A stretch of 63,123 nucleotides of DNA, counting the filler, from Bipalium vagum (taxonomy: Eukaryota), in assembly GCA_037834085.1 (NCBI GenBank). It is 3 parts of 3 records of this genome, joined end to end, with 100 filler letters (N's around TTAATTAATTAA, not from the genome) between each part and the next. Parts side by side here need not be neighbours in the genome. Positions count along the whole stretch, not along the records: positions 1 to 30,373 come from JBBMKC010271596.1; 2 more parts are not named here. The stretch is one strand, 5' to 3'. Numbering within the stretch: position 1 is the first letter of the stretch; each line of letters starts with the position of its first letter. Below the pieces are notes generated by a model. It did not search any database and was not told the DNA's origin. It saw nothing but the letters and a program-made list of their open reading frames with translations. The position numbers were made by a program, and so were the translations under genes. Shown here one piece after another: positions 1 to 12,100 of this stretch.

Positions 1-682
1 ATATATTCTTAATCAACTTTATTAATTTTTGATAAATTCTTTTGAATAGTTAAAGGTCCTATATCTTTCCAATTAAAACAATTTTTTAAGTATTTTATTA
101 TCTAAATTACATTTTGAAATTGGTTAAAAATTATCTGTGTTTCAGTATTTTCCTTGATTGTTCTAAATTATTCAATCATAAAATTAAAACTGAAACCAAT
201 TAATTAGAAAAAAAATCCAAAAAATTAGAAAAATAATTCTTTTGAATGTTTAAATTCTCTTTGTTCCCTTAAAGTTCTAATTTAGATGGTATATAAATTT
301 TGTGTAAATTTTAACATTGAATTTCTTTTTTAAGTATTTCAATGAGAATCTTTATATTTAATATTAATTATTTAATTTGTCTTTATATTTAATGTATCTT
401 TTCTTTCTTTTTTATATATCTATACTGGTGTTCATTTTTTTCTGACACTTACAATTTTTGTGATAAAATATAAAAAAATATTTTTGAAAGTTGTTGATAT
501 TTATAGATTTTGCATGCAAATAAGATACTTAATATATATCCACATTTTGAAGACTTTTTAAAATAATATCTTTAAATTGTAAATTTTAAAATTTGCTAAT
601 TTCTAAATGAAAACATTTTTTCTGAAACTAACTGAAACATAAATTTATTTCATAACATAAATATTAATTAATAATATCTCCT

Positions 683-1960
683 TTACCACTTTAAGTAGCC
701 CTTACATAAATCACTATATAAATCAGTAATAATTGATTGTTTGTGACTATGTATCACCAAAACAGCATAATGTATTCTGTTAATCAATTCCTGCTTAACT
801 TTAGGTTGGTAGTAATCATTTTCCAAACATTTTTCATAACATTCAAATCTGGGATCTTGCTGTTTCGAAAATAATTGAAATTTTTTTTCGAAACATGAAT
901 TAGACAATTGACAATCTATGATAGTCTTTGAAAAAGCCAATGTATTAGGTCTACAAATAGAAAAGGTGCCTATTTTTTTTAAAACGACTATAAAGTCACA
1001 ATGTAACCAAAGGAACCAGGCCTGTCATTCTTCTGCATAACAATGCCCGACCACATACTTCAAAGACCACCGTGGATTATATTTCGTCTTTAGGCTGGGA
1101 AGTCCTCCCTCATGCGGCCTAATCACCAGACATGACTCCATCAGATTTCTACTTATTCAGGTCTCTCCAACATCACCTCGATGATTCACAGTTCAAAACC
1201 ATTGATGATGAGCAAAAGTCGGTGGAAAGTTACATTGATTCAAAATCACCATTTTTTTCCGGAATGGAATTCGCGAATTACCTGAAAAATGGATAAAACG
1301 TATAGAAAATAAGGGAGATTATTTCCCCGATTAATATATGTATATATATATATATATGTTGTATAAATATATCTTTATCTTATTAATCTTATGAGTTGTG
1401 ATATTATTAAAATAGGCACCTTTTCTATTTGTAAACCTAATATTTTTCACTGGGTTGTTCTTTTCCAATATTTTGACAGCAATTAGTGATACACCACACC
1501 ATAATTCCTCAACCTTGAAATTGACGTTTTTGGAGAGATGTTTCCCACTCCTTAACATATGAAAGCATATGTATCATTAACGTCTTTAAAATATCAATAA
1601 TCATTTATTACCAGTTGTCAGGACAATCAAGACCAAATCTTTTTTTCATCAATAAATATATTCCAATTAATATTCTGTCCAATTCACTGTAAAACCAAAC
1701 GAATTATCTTCAACTTATGTTTATTAGAAAACATGATTTTCTGTACTACCTTTTGATATCGCATGTCATATCGCATCTCTTGTACATATCTACATGTATA
1801 TTGGTTAACTGCAATAATTTGTTGCATGTAACCTTGTGATGAATATCAGCCTCTTTTGATATTAAGAGCAGCAGCCTTCTTTTTCTTTATTTTTGGTCCT
1901 CGCTTCTGCTTTTGAATTTTTAATTTGTGTATTACAATAGTTTTAATTACATATTTTTCA
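683..1960 (-). mobile_element. Degenerate Tc1/Tc3-like transposase remnant, split by the mariner MITE at 945-1440
   Basis: Minus-strand frames give IFIDEKRFGLDCPDNW and KRQFQG*GIMVWC (Tc3-type DEKKFNLDGPD / GGGSIMVWG). Across the MITE they continue with PDLNVMKNVWK...KQELINRI. Multiple stops and frameshifts; boundaries approximate. Confidence 0.6.
945..1440 (+). mobile_element. Internally deleted mariner (MITE-like)
   Basis: 32-bp TIRs TTAGGT(C/T)TACAAATAGAAAAGGTGCCTATTTT with one mismatch, and TA target duplication at 943-944 and 1441-1442. The interior encodes only the transposase C-terminus (LLHNNARPH...[25 protein letters not shown]). Confidence 0.92.
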
Positions 1961-2210
1961 TATTCAACTCTACTTATATTTGTCTGTTCGATTCACCCAA
2001 TGAACGTTTATTCCTTTTAATACATAGCTAAAATTTTTGTTTAAAACTATTATAAATAAAAATTTTCAGAAAGGTTTTTCAAATAATATTTTATAAAATT
2101 TAAGAAATCATAATTTTTATATATTATTTAAACAAGTCTTCAAAATGTAAATATATATAATAAATTTCTAATTAGCAAAACAATAAATATTGACAAAATT
2201 CAAAAATATA

Positions 2211-3486
2211 TTAGGTGTACAACTATGACTCCGGCTTTTTCAAATATGAAAACAAAGACATTTATTAAAAAGTTTATTTAAAAACATTTATTGAAAATAT
2301 GTTCCATTGAAAGGTGCAACTTTTGCTCATCTTTCAGCTAACGAATACATTCCATGAAACCAAAACTCTTGTTCTTTTGATGAAATCTATCTGTCAATCC
2401 AATTTTGGAGGTCTTCAAGGGAACTGAACCGTTCTCCGGAAAGTGCTGATTGCAAAGAGCGGAACAAATGGTAATCCGAAGGAGCGATGTCTGGCGAATA
2501 GGGTGGGTGAGATAAGGTTCCCACTTTGTACCTTCTAAGTAATTATTTACAACTGAATTAATGTGTGGTCTTGCGTTATAATGTTGTAAAATTATCTTTT
2601 CGTGTCTAGTCACCCATTCTGGTCGTTTTTCATTCAAAGCTTGCTTCAAATGAATTAGTTGTGATCGATAAAGTTCACCAGTTAGTTTTTGAGAAGATTT
2701 TAAAAATTCATAATAGATCACCCCTTTCTGATCCCACCAGATACACAACATAACTTTCAAACTGTGGAAATTTTGTTTCGGTGTTGATGGACTGGGTTCA
2801 CCTGGCATCACCCAAGCTGCTTTGCGTTTTGGATTGTCATAACAAATCCATTTTTCGTCTCCTGTGATAATTCGATGCAAAAAACTTTTCCTTTTCTGTC
2901 TCTGAAGAAGGACATCACAAATTGTTTTTCGTCGTTCAATGAATCTTTCTGTCATTTCATGTGGGATCCAAATTCCTAATTTTCGAATAATTCCTAAGAC
3001 TGTCAGACGTTTTGAAATGAATTGTTGTGTCACATTTAATGCGAAAGCCAGATCAGATTGTGTTTGTTATAGATCTTCGTCCAACAGCCTTCTCAAATCT
3101 CTATCTTCACATTGTTTTTATGGCTTCCCATGCTCCTTGTCATTCGTATTATATTGGCCATTTATAGACGGAAAAACTAATCTTTACATATGGTCATCGA
3201 AGGAGCATGTTCTCCATAGGTATCTCGAAGCAAGCGATACGTTTCGCTGCAGTTTTCTTGAAAATGAAGTAATTTAGAATTACTTCCCGCAAATGTTTGG
3301 GATGAATATTGACATTTTGAATCGCTATAATATTTAAACAAGGCATATTAAAACAACTGTCTCGTGAAATTATTAATTATATAATACTTTTGTTTATAAA
3401 TCAATTCAATATAATTTAGATATAAATGCAAACAAATTTTTTGTTATCATTTTAAAAAAAAGCCGGGGCCCTATTTGTACACATAA
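2211..3486 (-). mobile_element. Full-length (1276 bp) mariner, mauritiana/Mos1-like, transposase pseudogene about 2288-3315
   Basis: Imperfect TIRs TTAGGTGTACAA...CCGGCTTTTT flanked by TA. Motifs WIPHEM, RIITGDEKW, MLCIWWDQKG, HYNARPH and HPPYSPDIAPSDYHLF (last one in a shifted frame). Confidence 0.95.
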
Positions 3487-3540
3487 TATATTAATTCTTT
3501 TTTATCACAAAAATTACAAGTGTTAGAAAAATATTTTCCA

Positions 3541-4140
3541 CTATTTTACTATTTTATCCCATTCAAATGTTTGTGGTTCATAATAATAATCAATTTTTTC
3601 ATTATTTATTTTATTATTTAATTTAACTGATCTATTTCCTGATAGTGATGATACTCTTCTTCTTCTACCTTTTTCAATTAATAATAATTGATTATAGGTT
3701 TTATTTATACAATAATTTAATTTCACTTGAAAATATTTTAATTCCTCATTTCATGATAAACCAGATGCAGAAAAACAATAACAAGGATTTATATCATAAT
3801 ATATTAAATAAATCTCTTTTAAAATTTCTATGAAATCAGCTCATAATAAGGCATCTAATTTCATGTGATATAAAATATATTCTGTCATGTTTTTAGTTAT
3901 GAAAATTTATTAATTTTTATCATTAGGAATTTTTGTACCCAATTCATTACAAAATAGGTGAAAATCATAACTTGACCCATTATGAAAATAAAATGGAAGA
4001 CATTTAAAAAAATGTATCATTTATGTTACGTTTATGATGTGATACTTCTCTATACTCGCCATTTAAACGATCATGATCACTGACTGTGTTTTTTCTTCAC
4101 ATCTTTATTACAAAAGGTGCATTCTATAGAATTATTAAAA
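3541..4140 (-). mobile_element. Polinton/Maverick protein-primed DNA polymerase B remnant
   Basis: Minus-strand translation gives DHDRLNGEYREVSHHK (cf. DHCHLTGKYRGAAH), PFYFHNGSSYDFHLFCNEL (ExoII HNxxxYD), and KLDALL*ADFIE...YDINPCYCFSASGLS*...LLLIEKGRR (cf. KTDVLLLADVFE...DPAHYYTAPGLSW...FIEKGIRGG). Confidence 0.8.
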
Positions 4141-4729
4141 TTTATTTCATTATCTTCTGTCATAATTATTTCTTTACTTGTTACTCTAGTTATATTATTT
4201 AAGTTATTTATTTTTTTAAAATTTATTAAAAAATTTATCGATTATATCCTCACCATAAATATCTAAATATTTTGATTTATATAATTCAATTTTGATTTTA
4301 TAATAACTCTATTGATATTAAGAGTTGAGTAATATTTTTAAAATCTTTATATATTTTTTATAGACATTCGAAATCAGCTTAAATTAAAAATGGTATTTTA
4401 TTTCTAAAATAATAGTTTTTAAATTCAAAATAATCATCTTTTGGAAATGTAACTTTAGCTTCTTTACAATAATGAACATATTGATTTATATGACTTTACT
4501 TGATTATTAATTAAATGTAATTTATTTAAATATTCCTTTGATTTTTGATGAGATATTAAAGCTGTTTTCATTTAAAATATTTATTACAAATATCACATGA
4601 AAAGCAATCAGTTTTTTATAATAATGTTATATATATTATGATAAGTAATAAGTAGATGGAAAGGAAGGAGGGAAATCAATAATTCAAGAATAAAAAAATA
4701 TATTTTATCTTTGACGAATGAAATGCGGA

Positions 4730-5586
4730 GAAGATGAAATGTTTTTTTAATTCTTGGGTCGTTGGACGCGTCTCTTTCTTTAGAATACACAAAATGATAA
4801 TGATAGATCAAAACGGGAGGATTAAACGAATTACTGAAGTAATGGGCACTCCAAAAGACAGTGTATGGTGTACAATAAATGAAAAAGGTGATTGCAAAGT
4901 GGGTGAAGTGTTCATTAACCATTGATAAAAAAAGAAGCAACGTGCTAATGATTGAAGGGGAAACTTGACACTTTCAAAAAAATCCAAACTACTTTTTTCG
5001 TCCATAAAACATGGACTCATTACTACACTGAAGATTATTCAACAATCGAATCAATGGATTTCACTTGGGAAAGTGCGTCGAAGAGACCAAAAACTCAAAA
5101 AACGGCTGGTAAGATTATGGCCACGATTTTCTGGAATGCCTAGAGTATCAATTATATTGATCATCAAGATATTACCCAGATTTTATTGAAAAAGAGAAAA
5201 CTTTCACAGGACCTTATTATGTAGCGTTGTTTGATCGTTTCAAGGATGAACTTAAGAGAAGTCAACCACATTTCACGAAGAAAAAATTACTGTTTCATCA
5301 TGAAAACACACTTTCTCACACATCTCTTGTTGGTCTAGCAAAGTTAAACAAATTAGGTTTCGGATCGATATCTCAACCTCTATATTCTCTAGATTCGGCA
5401 CCCAGTAACTTCTTTTTATTTCAAAATTTTAAAAGATTTCTTTCCGACAAGAGATTCAATTCAAATGAAGAAGTGAAACATGAAACAGAACAGTATTTTG
5501 GAGGATTTCTGTCAACGTATTTTTTAGAAGCTATAGAAAATTCCTGGTATCGTTGTATTTATCTACAAGGGTCTTATGTTGATTAG
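4730..5586 (+). mobile_element. Degenerate mariner transposase, irritans/Himar-like
   Basis: Motifs KTWTHYY, SKRPKTQKTAGKIMATIFWNA, KKKLLFHHEN and PLYSLDSAPSNFFLF, spread over frameshifted ORFs. Confidence 0.85.
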
Positions 5587-6111
5587 AATAAATCATTTTT
5601 ACTTTTTTGTTCCTTAGTTCCATTTTTTTCCAGTGGAAACATATCTTATCGTATTCATCTCATTGAACCTATCCACTTACTTTTATTGTCGTCCTTAAAC
5701 TAATACCATCTTCAAAGTCATAAGTTTAATTTATTTAACCATATTCAGTTCAAAAAACAGAACCCTGATTTAAGTTTACAAAAAAATTTTCATACTATTG
5801 TTTACATCAAGTATAAACATTATTAAAGCATGAAAAATAAAAATTATAAGGTGAAACGCACAGAGGTAATGTATTACACAATGTATGTTAAGTCCCTTTT
5901 TAAAATAAGCTTTATATATTAGGCACTTTATGAAAATTTAAAAATTATAAAAAATGTTTAAATGCTCACATATTTATTTACTTTTAATAATAAATAAAAT
6001 TAAAAAAAAATAGAAAAATAAGTATTGAAAAATTTTATTTAGGGCTAATTTGTTTATGAGCAGCAAGACTATTGTTCTGAAAACGGTTGCATTTTGGCAA
6101 TCCTTTATAAA

Positions 6112-9100
6112 TTAGTTCAGGGGGGAATATTCCTTATTTGAATCTGGAGAAGAATTAAGATCATTTAATAATTGGTTTAAAATCTGCGTCAGTTCATCTT
6201 CATCATTGCTAGAATTATTAATTTTCAAATCTCTAAATGAAATTATATAAATTCTAATAAATAAATTCAATGAAAATAATAATGATAATAAAATAATAAG
6301 AAAAATTAATGTAAATAATAAATAGAAATATTTCAATACATTTATCAAAAATCTTTTTGCAAAGTTTAATAAAAAATTAAAATTAAAATTAATAAAAAAG
6401 CACCACCTATGCAGTACTTTAATGATTTGCATCGTAATTATTGTATCTGTTATTTAATCAATCTAATTTAATCAGATATCCAAATTTTTGTAATGCATCA
6501 TCTAAATAATTATATCATCCATGAATGTTTCTGGGGTTATTCTTGAACTGCTTTGCGAATATTTTCCTTTATCATATTTATTATTTCTGTGCTATTTGTG
6601 TAAGCCATATTTTCAGGAAAACCAACAGAAAGTAATCTAAGGGAATTAAGTCACAAGATTCCAAAGACTGATTCAAAAAAATTGATGTCTGCATTTAGTG
6701 AAATTACAGGATTTTAAATTCTTATTTTAAATGTTTAATGTTTTCTCATGTTGTTTGACAGGTTGCTGGAAATATATACTATTTACATCCAAATCATTCA
6801 ATGGTACCCATAAACAGTTAATCAAAAGTAAATTATTATGATCTTATTAAAGGTAATTGCATTTCCAGCTTCATCCTTAAAGAAATGTGAACCAATGATT
6901 TCTCTTTCCCACAAAGCACACTAAACAGTGACTTTCACCGTTGTAGAAATTTTTGTTGAACAAAATGAGGATTAACATCAGCCCATATGTCACAATTTTG
7001 TTTATTAACGAAACCATCCATGAACAAAAAGGATCTCTTGTTTGTTGTTTCATAATCCAATTACAGAAGGTACGACATTGTAAGTGATCTGTTTCTTTTA
7101 ATAACTGTGTTAATTGAAATTAATGGAGTTATAAATGCAAATCTTATCTCAAAATTTTCCATAGAGAGCCACATGATATTCCAAGTTCAAAAGAATAGCG
7201 TGCAATTGTTGCTGTCGAATAATTTCCTACCCTTTTGTTTACAAGAAAAATGTTTTCTGTTTTCTCAAAGATAAGCATGATTAGGAATATCAACGAGAAC
7301 TGAAGTTAAATAAATATACCTAAGTCTCATGATAAAATAGATTCATTCCAAAACAATTTTTAATCAGATGGCAACAAGTTATCGATAATTTAGGCTGGAT
7401 ACATATTTTATTAAAAGTTTATTGGTAGGAAAACAAAAGTGGTCCAAACGAAATGGTTGACATTTGATTTAACTGTCACATTTACATTTTTTATTATTAT
7501 AAAATCTGGAAACTTTGGAGTTTCATGGAGCCACTGCCCTAAGCAATATCAAGACCACCAGCATATAATCTAATGACTCGATCAATTCTACAGCGTTTGA
7601 TATGTAGAGCAACGGAATAAGATCATTGAGATTGAAATTAAAATTCTGATCAGATTTTCCCTTTTAAAAACTAAATTTTGTCTTAAGAACTTAATAACAT
7701 TAAAGTGTAATAATGATTTTTTTCACTTATGATTTGGAATGGATTTTTGATCACCAATTAATCGAAATTCATGAAATAATCTAAATAAAACTCAATAATT
7801 TCCTGTAGCTTACCTCTGACTGGTTAAATGGGCACTTAATAGACTTTCCCTTACAGTTCTTTCTGCAAATTCAATTAGTTGCTTATTGCTACTGCCATGG
7901 TTGTCATTGTATCCCTGTTTCATGTCAATGGCCAAGTTTGGTTGACTTTGAAACATTAAGCCTTTCGATTCTTTCGTTATATGCGGTTCCATGTCGTCAA
8001 TAAATCGAAATTTTTTATGTTGAATACCCAACTGGAAAGACAATAAATTTGTAAAATTATTATTTTAAGATCTGGTTAACTTTTAGTCGCCCCACTTTCT
8101 GGAAATCTGTTTTACTGTTTATACTCTAAATCAATGTTGGATTAATAATTGGAATTTTTAATATATTATTTTTATTACAAAACATTATAATATTGATTAC
8201 ATCGTGATGATCTTTGTCATTTGAAACGTCTAAAATACTTTTCTGTGATGGGTTTCTAGAGCTTTTCAGCTGCACTGTCTGTATATTTATTCTGGTGTGA
8301 TTTGTCTCCTCTAAACTGGAATCGAGTTTTTCTTGATATTTCCAATCAATTATCTTTCTGATATCTTCTACCGTAACATTTGTGCAACTGAAAAGCCGCA
8401 ACAAGGTTCTTGCTCTTGGATAAAATAAATAAAGAATTTTATTCCTTGAAAATTACTTGATAACGGTCATTTGACTCTGGCTTCTCTTATTTTCATCTCC
8501 AAAACTCTTCGACATTTTATCAATAAAATCTATTTGAGCAACCTTCGGCAAAGGGTTTTTCTCCTTATATTCATTAATTCTACTGATCCAACTTTCTTTA
8601 AATGAAAGGATATCACAAGAATTTAAGTTTTCATTATATTCTAAAAATTCAATAGGAAGTTTTTGTATTGTTTTTCGTATCCAGGTCGTAATCTTTGGAA
8701 AATGATTAGAAAAATAATACAAAACTTTATTTATACTTGAAATAATAATTTGTGAAATAAATAGATATCAGTGTACAGCTTGCGACGTTCCTGTAAATCA
8801 GTATTAAATACAGCCAGTATGCTTATTATTCTTTCCCATGGACCTATGTCATTGCTGTTAAGATTATTGGTTTGAATGGTCTTCGATGCAGCCTTTGTTA
8901 CCTCTTCACATTTCGATATGCATTTCTAAAAGTTAAGATATCAAAACAATGACAAAATTATTAGATGTCTGTTAATTAATAATAATAAAATTAATAATAA
9001 TAATTGATTAATCCATTTCTGAAATGTGAAATAATATATAATGAATTAATGTATTAAATCTTTCATAAAATATTGGGTGACCTAAAAAGTTCCCGCCGTT

Positions 9101-12100
9101 TTCGTCATGAATTGTTTTAAGTTGAATTGCATGCAATCTGTAAGTTCAATACTATTATTTCAAATATAAAGTCAATAACCTGATTTTAATTATTCGAAAA
9201 AAAATCCTTAATATCAATATTTTTAATAAACTAAATAAACGTCACAAAAATTCAAAACAAGGAAGAAATTAGGTACATTCTTAAATTTTATTTCCTGAAA
9301 GGAAAAAATTCCACCAAAGCTGCTAAAAAGATATGTGATGTCTTTGGAGCTAATACTGTATCAGAAAGAGCAGCCCGTGAATGATTTGATTGGTTTCGCG
9401 GTGGCAACTTCGATGTAACAGATGAACCTCTTTCTGGAAGACCAATAGCAGATAGGGACGTCAAAATCCAGAAAATAATCGAGAAAGATCGTCGTATAAA
9501 CAGTTATGATATTGCAGAATCTCTGGTCATTTGTCAACAAACTGTATTAAAATATTTAGAAAAGTTCGGATACAAAAAGAAATTCGATATTTGGGTGCCC
9601 CCTGATTTATCAGAAAATAACTTAAGTGACCGAATTCCCGTCTGTGAAAATATATTGAAACGTCATGAAATGGAACCATTTCTTAAACGGTTGATACCTA
9701 GTGATAAAAAATTGATAAGATATGACAATATTCTGAGGAAAAGATCCTGGTCAAAAAGCGGTGAAACTCCACAAATGACTACAAAGTCAAGGTTAACTCC
9801 AAGAAAGTTAATGATGTTCGTATCGTGGGATTGGAAAGGAACCGTGTATTATGAGCTCTTAGAATCAATTGATTCCACATTCTACTTTGCGTAATTTACA
9901 AGATTAAACCAATCTACTCAAAAAAGCGGTCAGAATTGGTCAACAGAAATATGTTCATGCAGCTCACCAGAAAATATGTAGGTAAAAGAGAAAAAAATGA
10001 AGTCTGATTCCATGGCTGTTTCATATTTTTGTTTATGGATTATCCTTATAACGGTAAAACAAAAAACTTGATGATATTGTGCAACTCTCGCGGATCAATT
10101 GTATAAAAGGATTCTTATTAAAATATCAGGATAAAAAAATAATTATTTGAGACCTAAAACGTTGGAAAGCGCACCTTAAAGAGCCTTTATTAGTGAGCCG
10201 CAAAAAACTCCATAACTTATATCTGTAAATAAAATAAGAAGAAATTAAAAATAAACGTGTTTGTAAATATGATGTTTGTTATACATCGTTCAGTCTTTCA
10301 GTGGCCACTCTGTATAATTATAAATTCAAATAAATGCATTGATATATGTATATTTAAACAAAACTTACAAATATAGTTTGACAGTCAATAATTAAATCAA
10401 AATTTTTAGAATTGTTATGAAAAATCTTTTTTGATAAAAGAAATTTAAACCACGGAAATTCTTGATAAAATCTAATAATTTTGCAGGGAATATAAAAGAA
10501 AAAAATTCAATTAAATTAAAAATATAACTTACCATTCCTGGAATATATATAAAGTTATGAAACTTCCTGGCCGTTGATTCTGCTTCTTCAGCATCCATGG
10601 AGATCTTTGGTCTTGATTTTAAATATGGAATTCCAATTTCTTGAATCCAAAAAACTTCCTCCATAAATACTAAATAATAAAATATTGCGAATAACAGAAA
10701 ACATTACGTCTCTTGCAAACACTCTGATCTTTTTCAGATCATCTCTCAAATTAAATTTGTTCTTGACGTCGACGAATATATTTTGCAACTGATTCTCTAT
10801 TTCCTTCAGCTGAAGTTTTACGTTTGATATCACCATTTGATTATTGTCCAGATGGGGACTATGCTTGAGTACTTCATATTTGGAGCTGTTGCCTGATGCT
10901 GGAAGACTCATCTCGACAAGTAGAGAGTTCGCTTCTTTTATTAACAGTTTAATATTCGTTGTTCTAAGAGAAGTTGTTATAATAATATTTTATCATTTTT
11001 CGCATAATCTTAAATCTATAATTTCCAAAGGAATTCACCAGAAATTATGATAAATAATAATTTACAAATAATTAATTTAATTTATTAATTACAATTTTAT
11101 CTTTTCTTCAAATTTTCAATATTATTATTATTAATTAATAATTCGTTAAATAATTTTTTTCAATATTTGAATTAATTTAATAAAAAATCTTTTCGATAAA
11201 CCGAATATTAATAATCCATAAATCGAAGAATTTTTTATTCGATTTTTCTATAGAGAAATAGTCAAAAATCGAATTATAAATTCTGATTTGTTTAAATAAT
11301 TGATGTTATTTATATTTTATAATAAATTATTAAATACCCCAGGTGAGTTTTAACAAAAAACTTTAAATTTCAATCCGTTAACTTATATGGAAAATTCGCA
11401 CGACCTTTTACCATGGCAAGCAATTGAAGCTTATAATATTTTTCTTCCTTCTAAACTTATTTTTGCCTTAAGAAATTATAAGACTGCAACCATCTACTTG
11501 AAATGCTCAGAAAAGACCATGCTAAAAAAGGCACTCATTTTTTCCTTGACTTTTCGATTCGGAATAATCTTCGAGAGTTGGTCTCGCACTCACCAATTTT
11601 TAAAAATTTTCCATGGCAGCCCATTAATTTTGAAACACCATAACACCAAGATCGTTTTTAGGACTGTCAGGGAATTTGGCAAGTTCACTGGTGTCGATAT
11701 TGATGGACAAATTACGACCTTTGACTTTTCATCTAGTTTCAAACTTTATCCTTTTCTTCATTAACATTTGGCACTAAGACATTTCCAGAAATGGACTGAT
11801 CTGAACTTTGCTGGAATTTCGACAGAAAATTAAGAGTCAACACCAAAGTCAATAAGAAATTAATAAGAGGTAATTTGGACAATATTGAAGATTAGCATTT
11901 TTCCACAAGGCTCGGGCCAACGATCTCCCGACGAATATGAAGAATCACAAAGTTTCGCCTTGTCGGAATTGCAAGAGAAACACCGAATCGACATCACATG
12001 TACTATGGTCATGTGTCTCTATCCGGTGAAGACATAATAATATTAAAAATATTCAAACACCCTACACCAAAATTTGAATTTAAAACCAGACATTCTGATA

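Noticed and set aside
11387-11764. 125-aa plus-strand ORF
   Set aside because: No recognisable domain; antisense within an intron, so probably a chance ORF.
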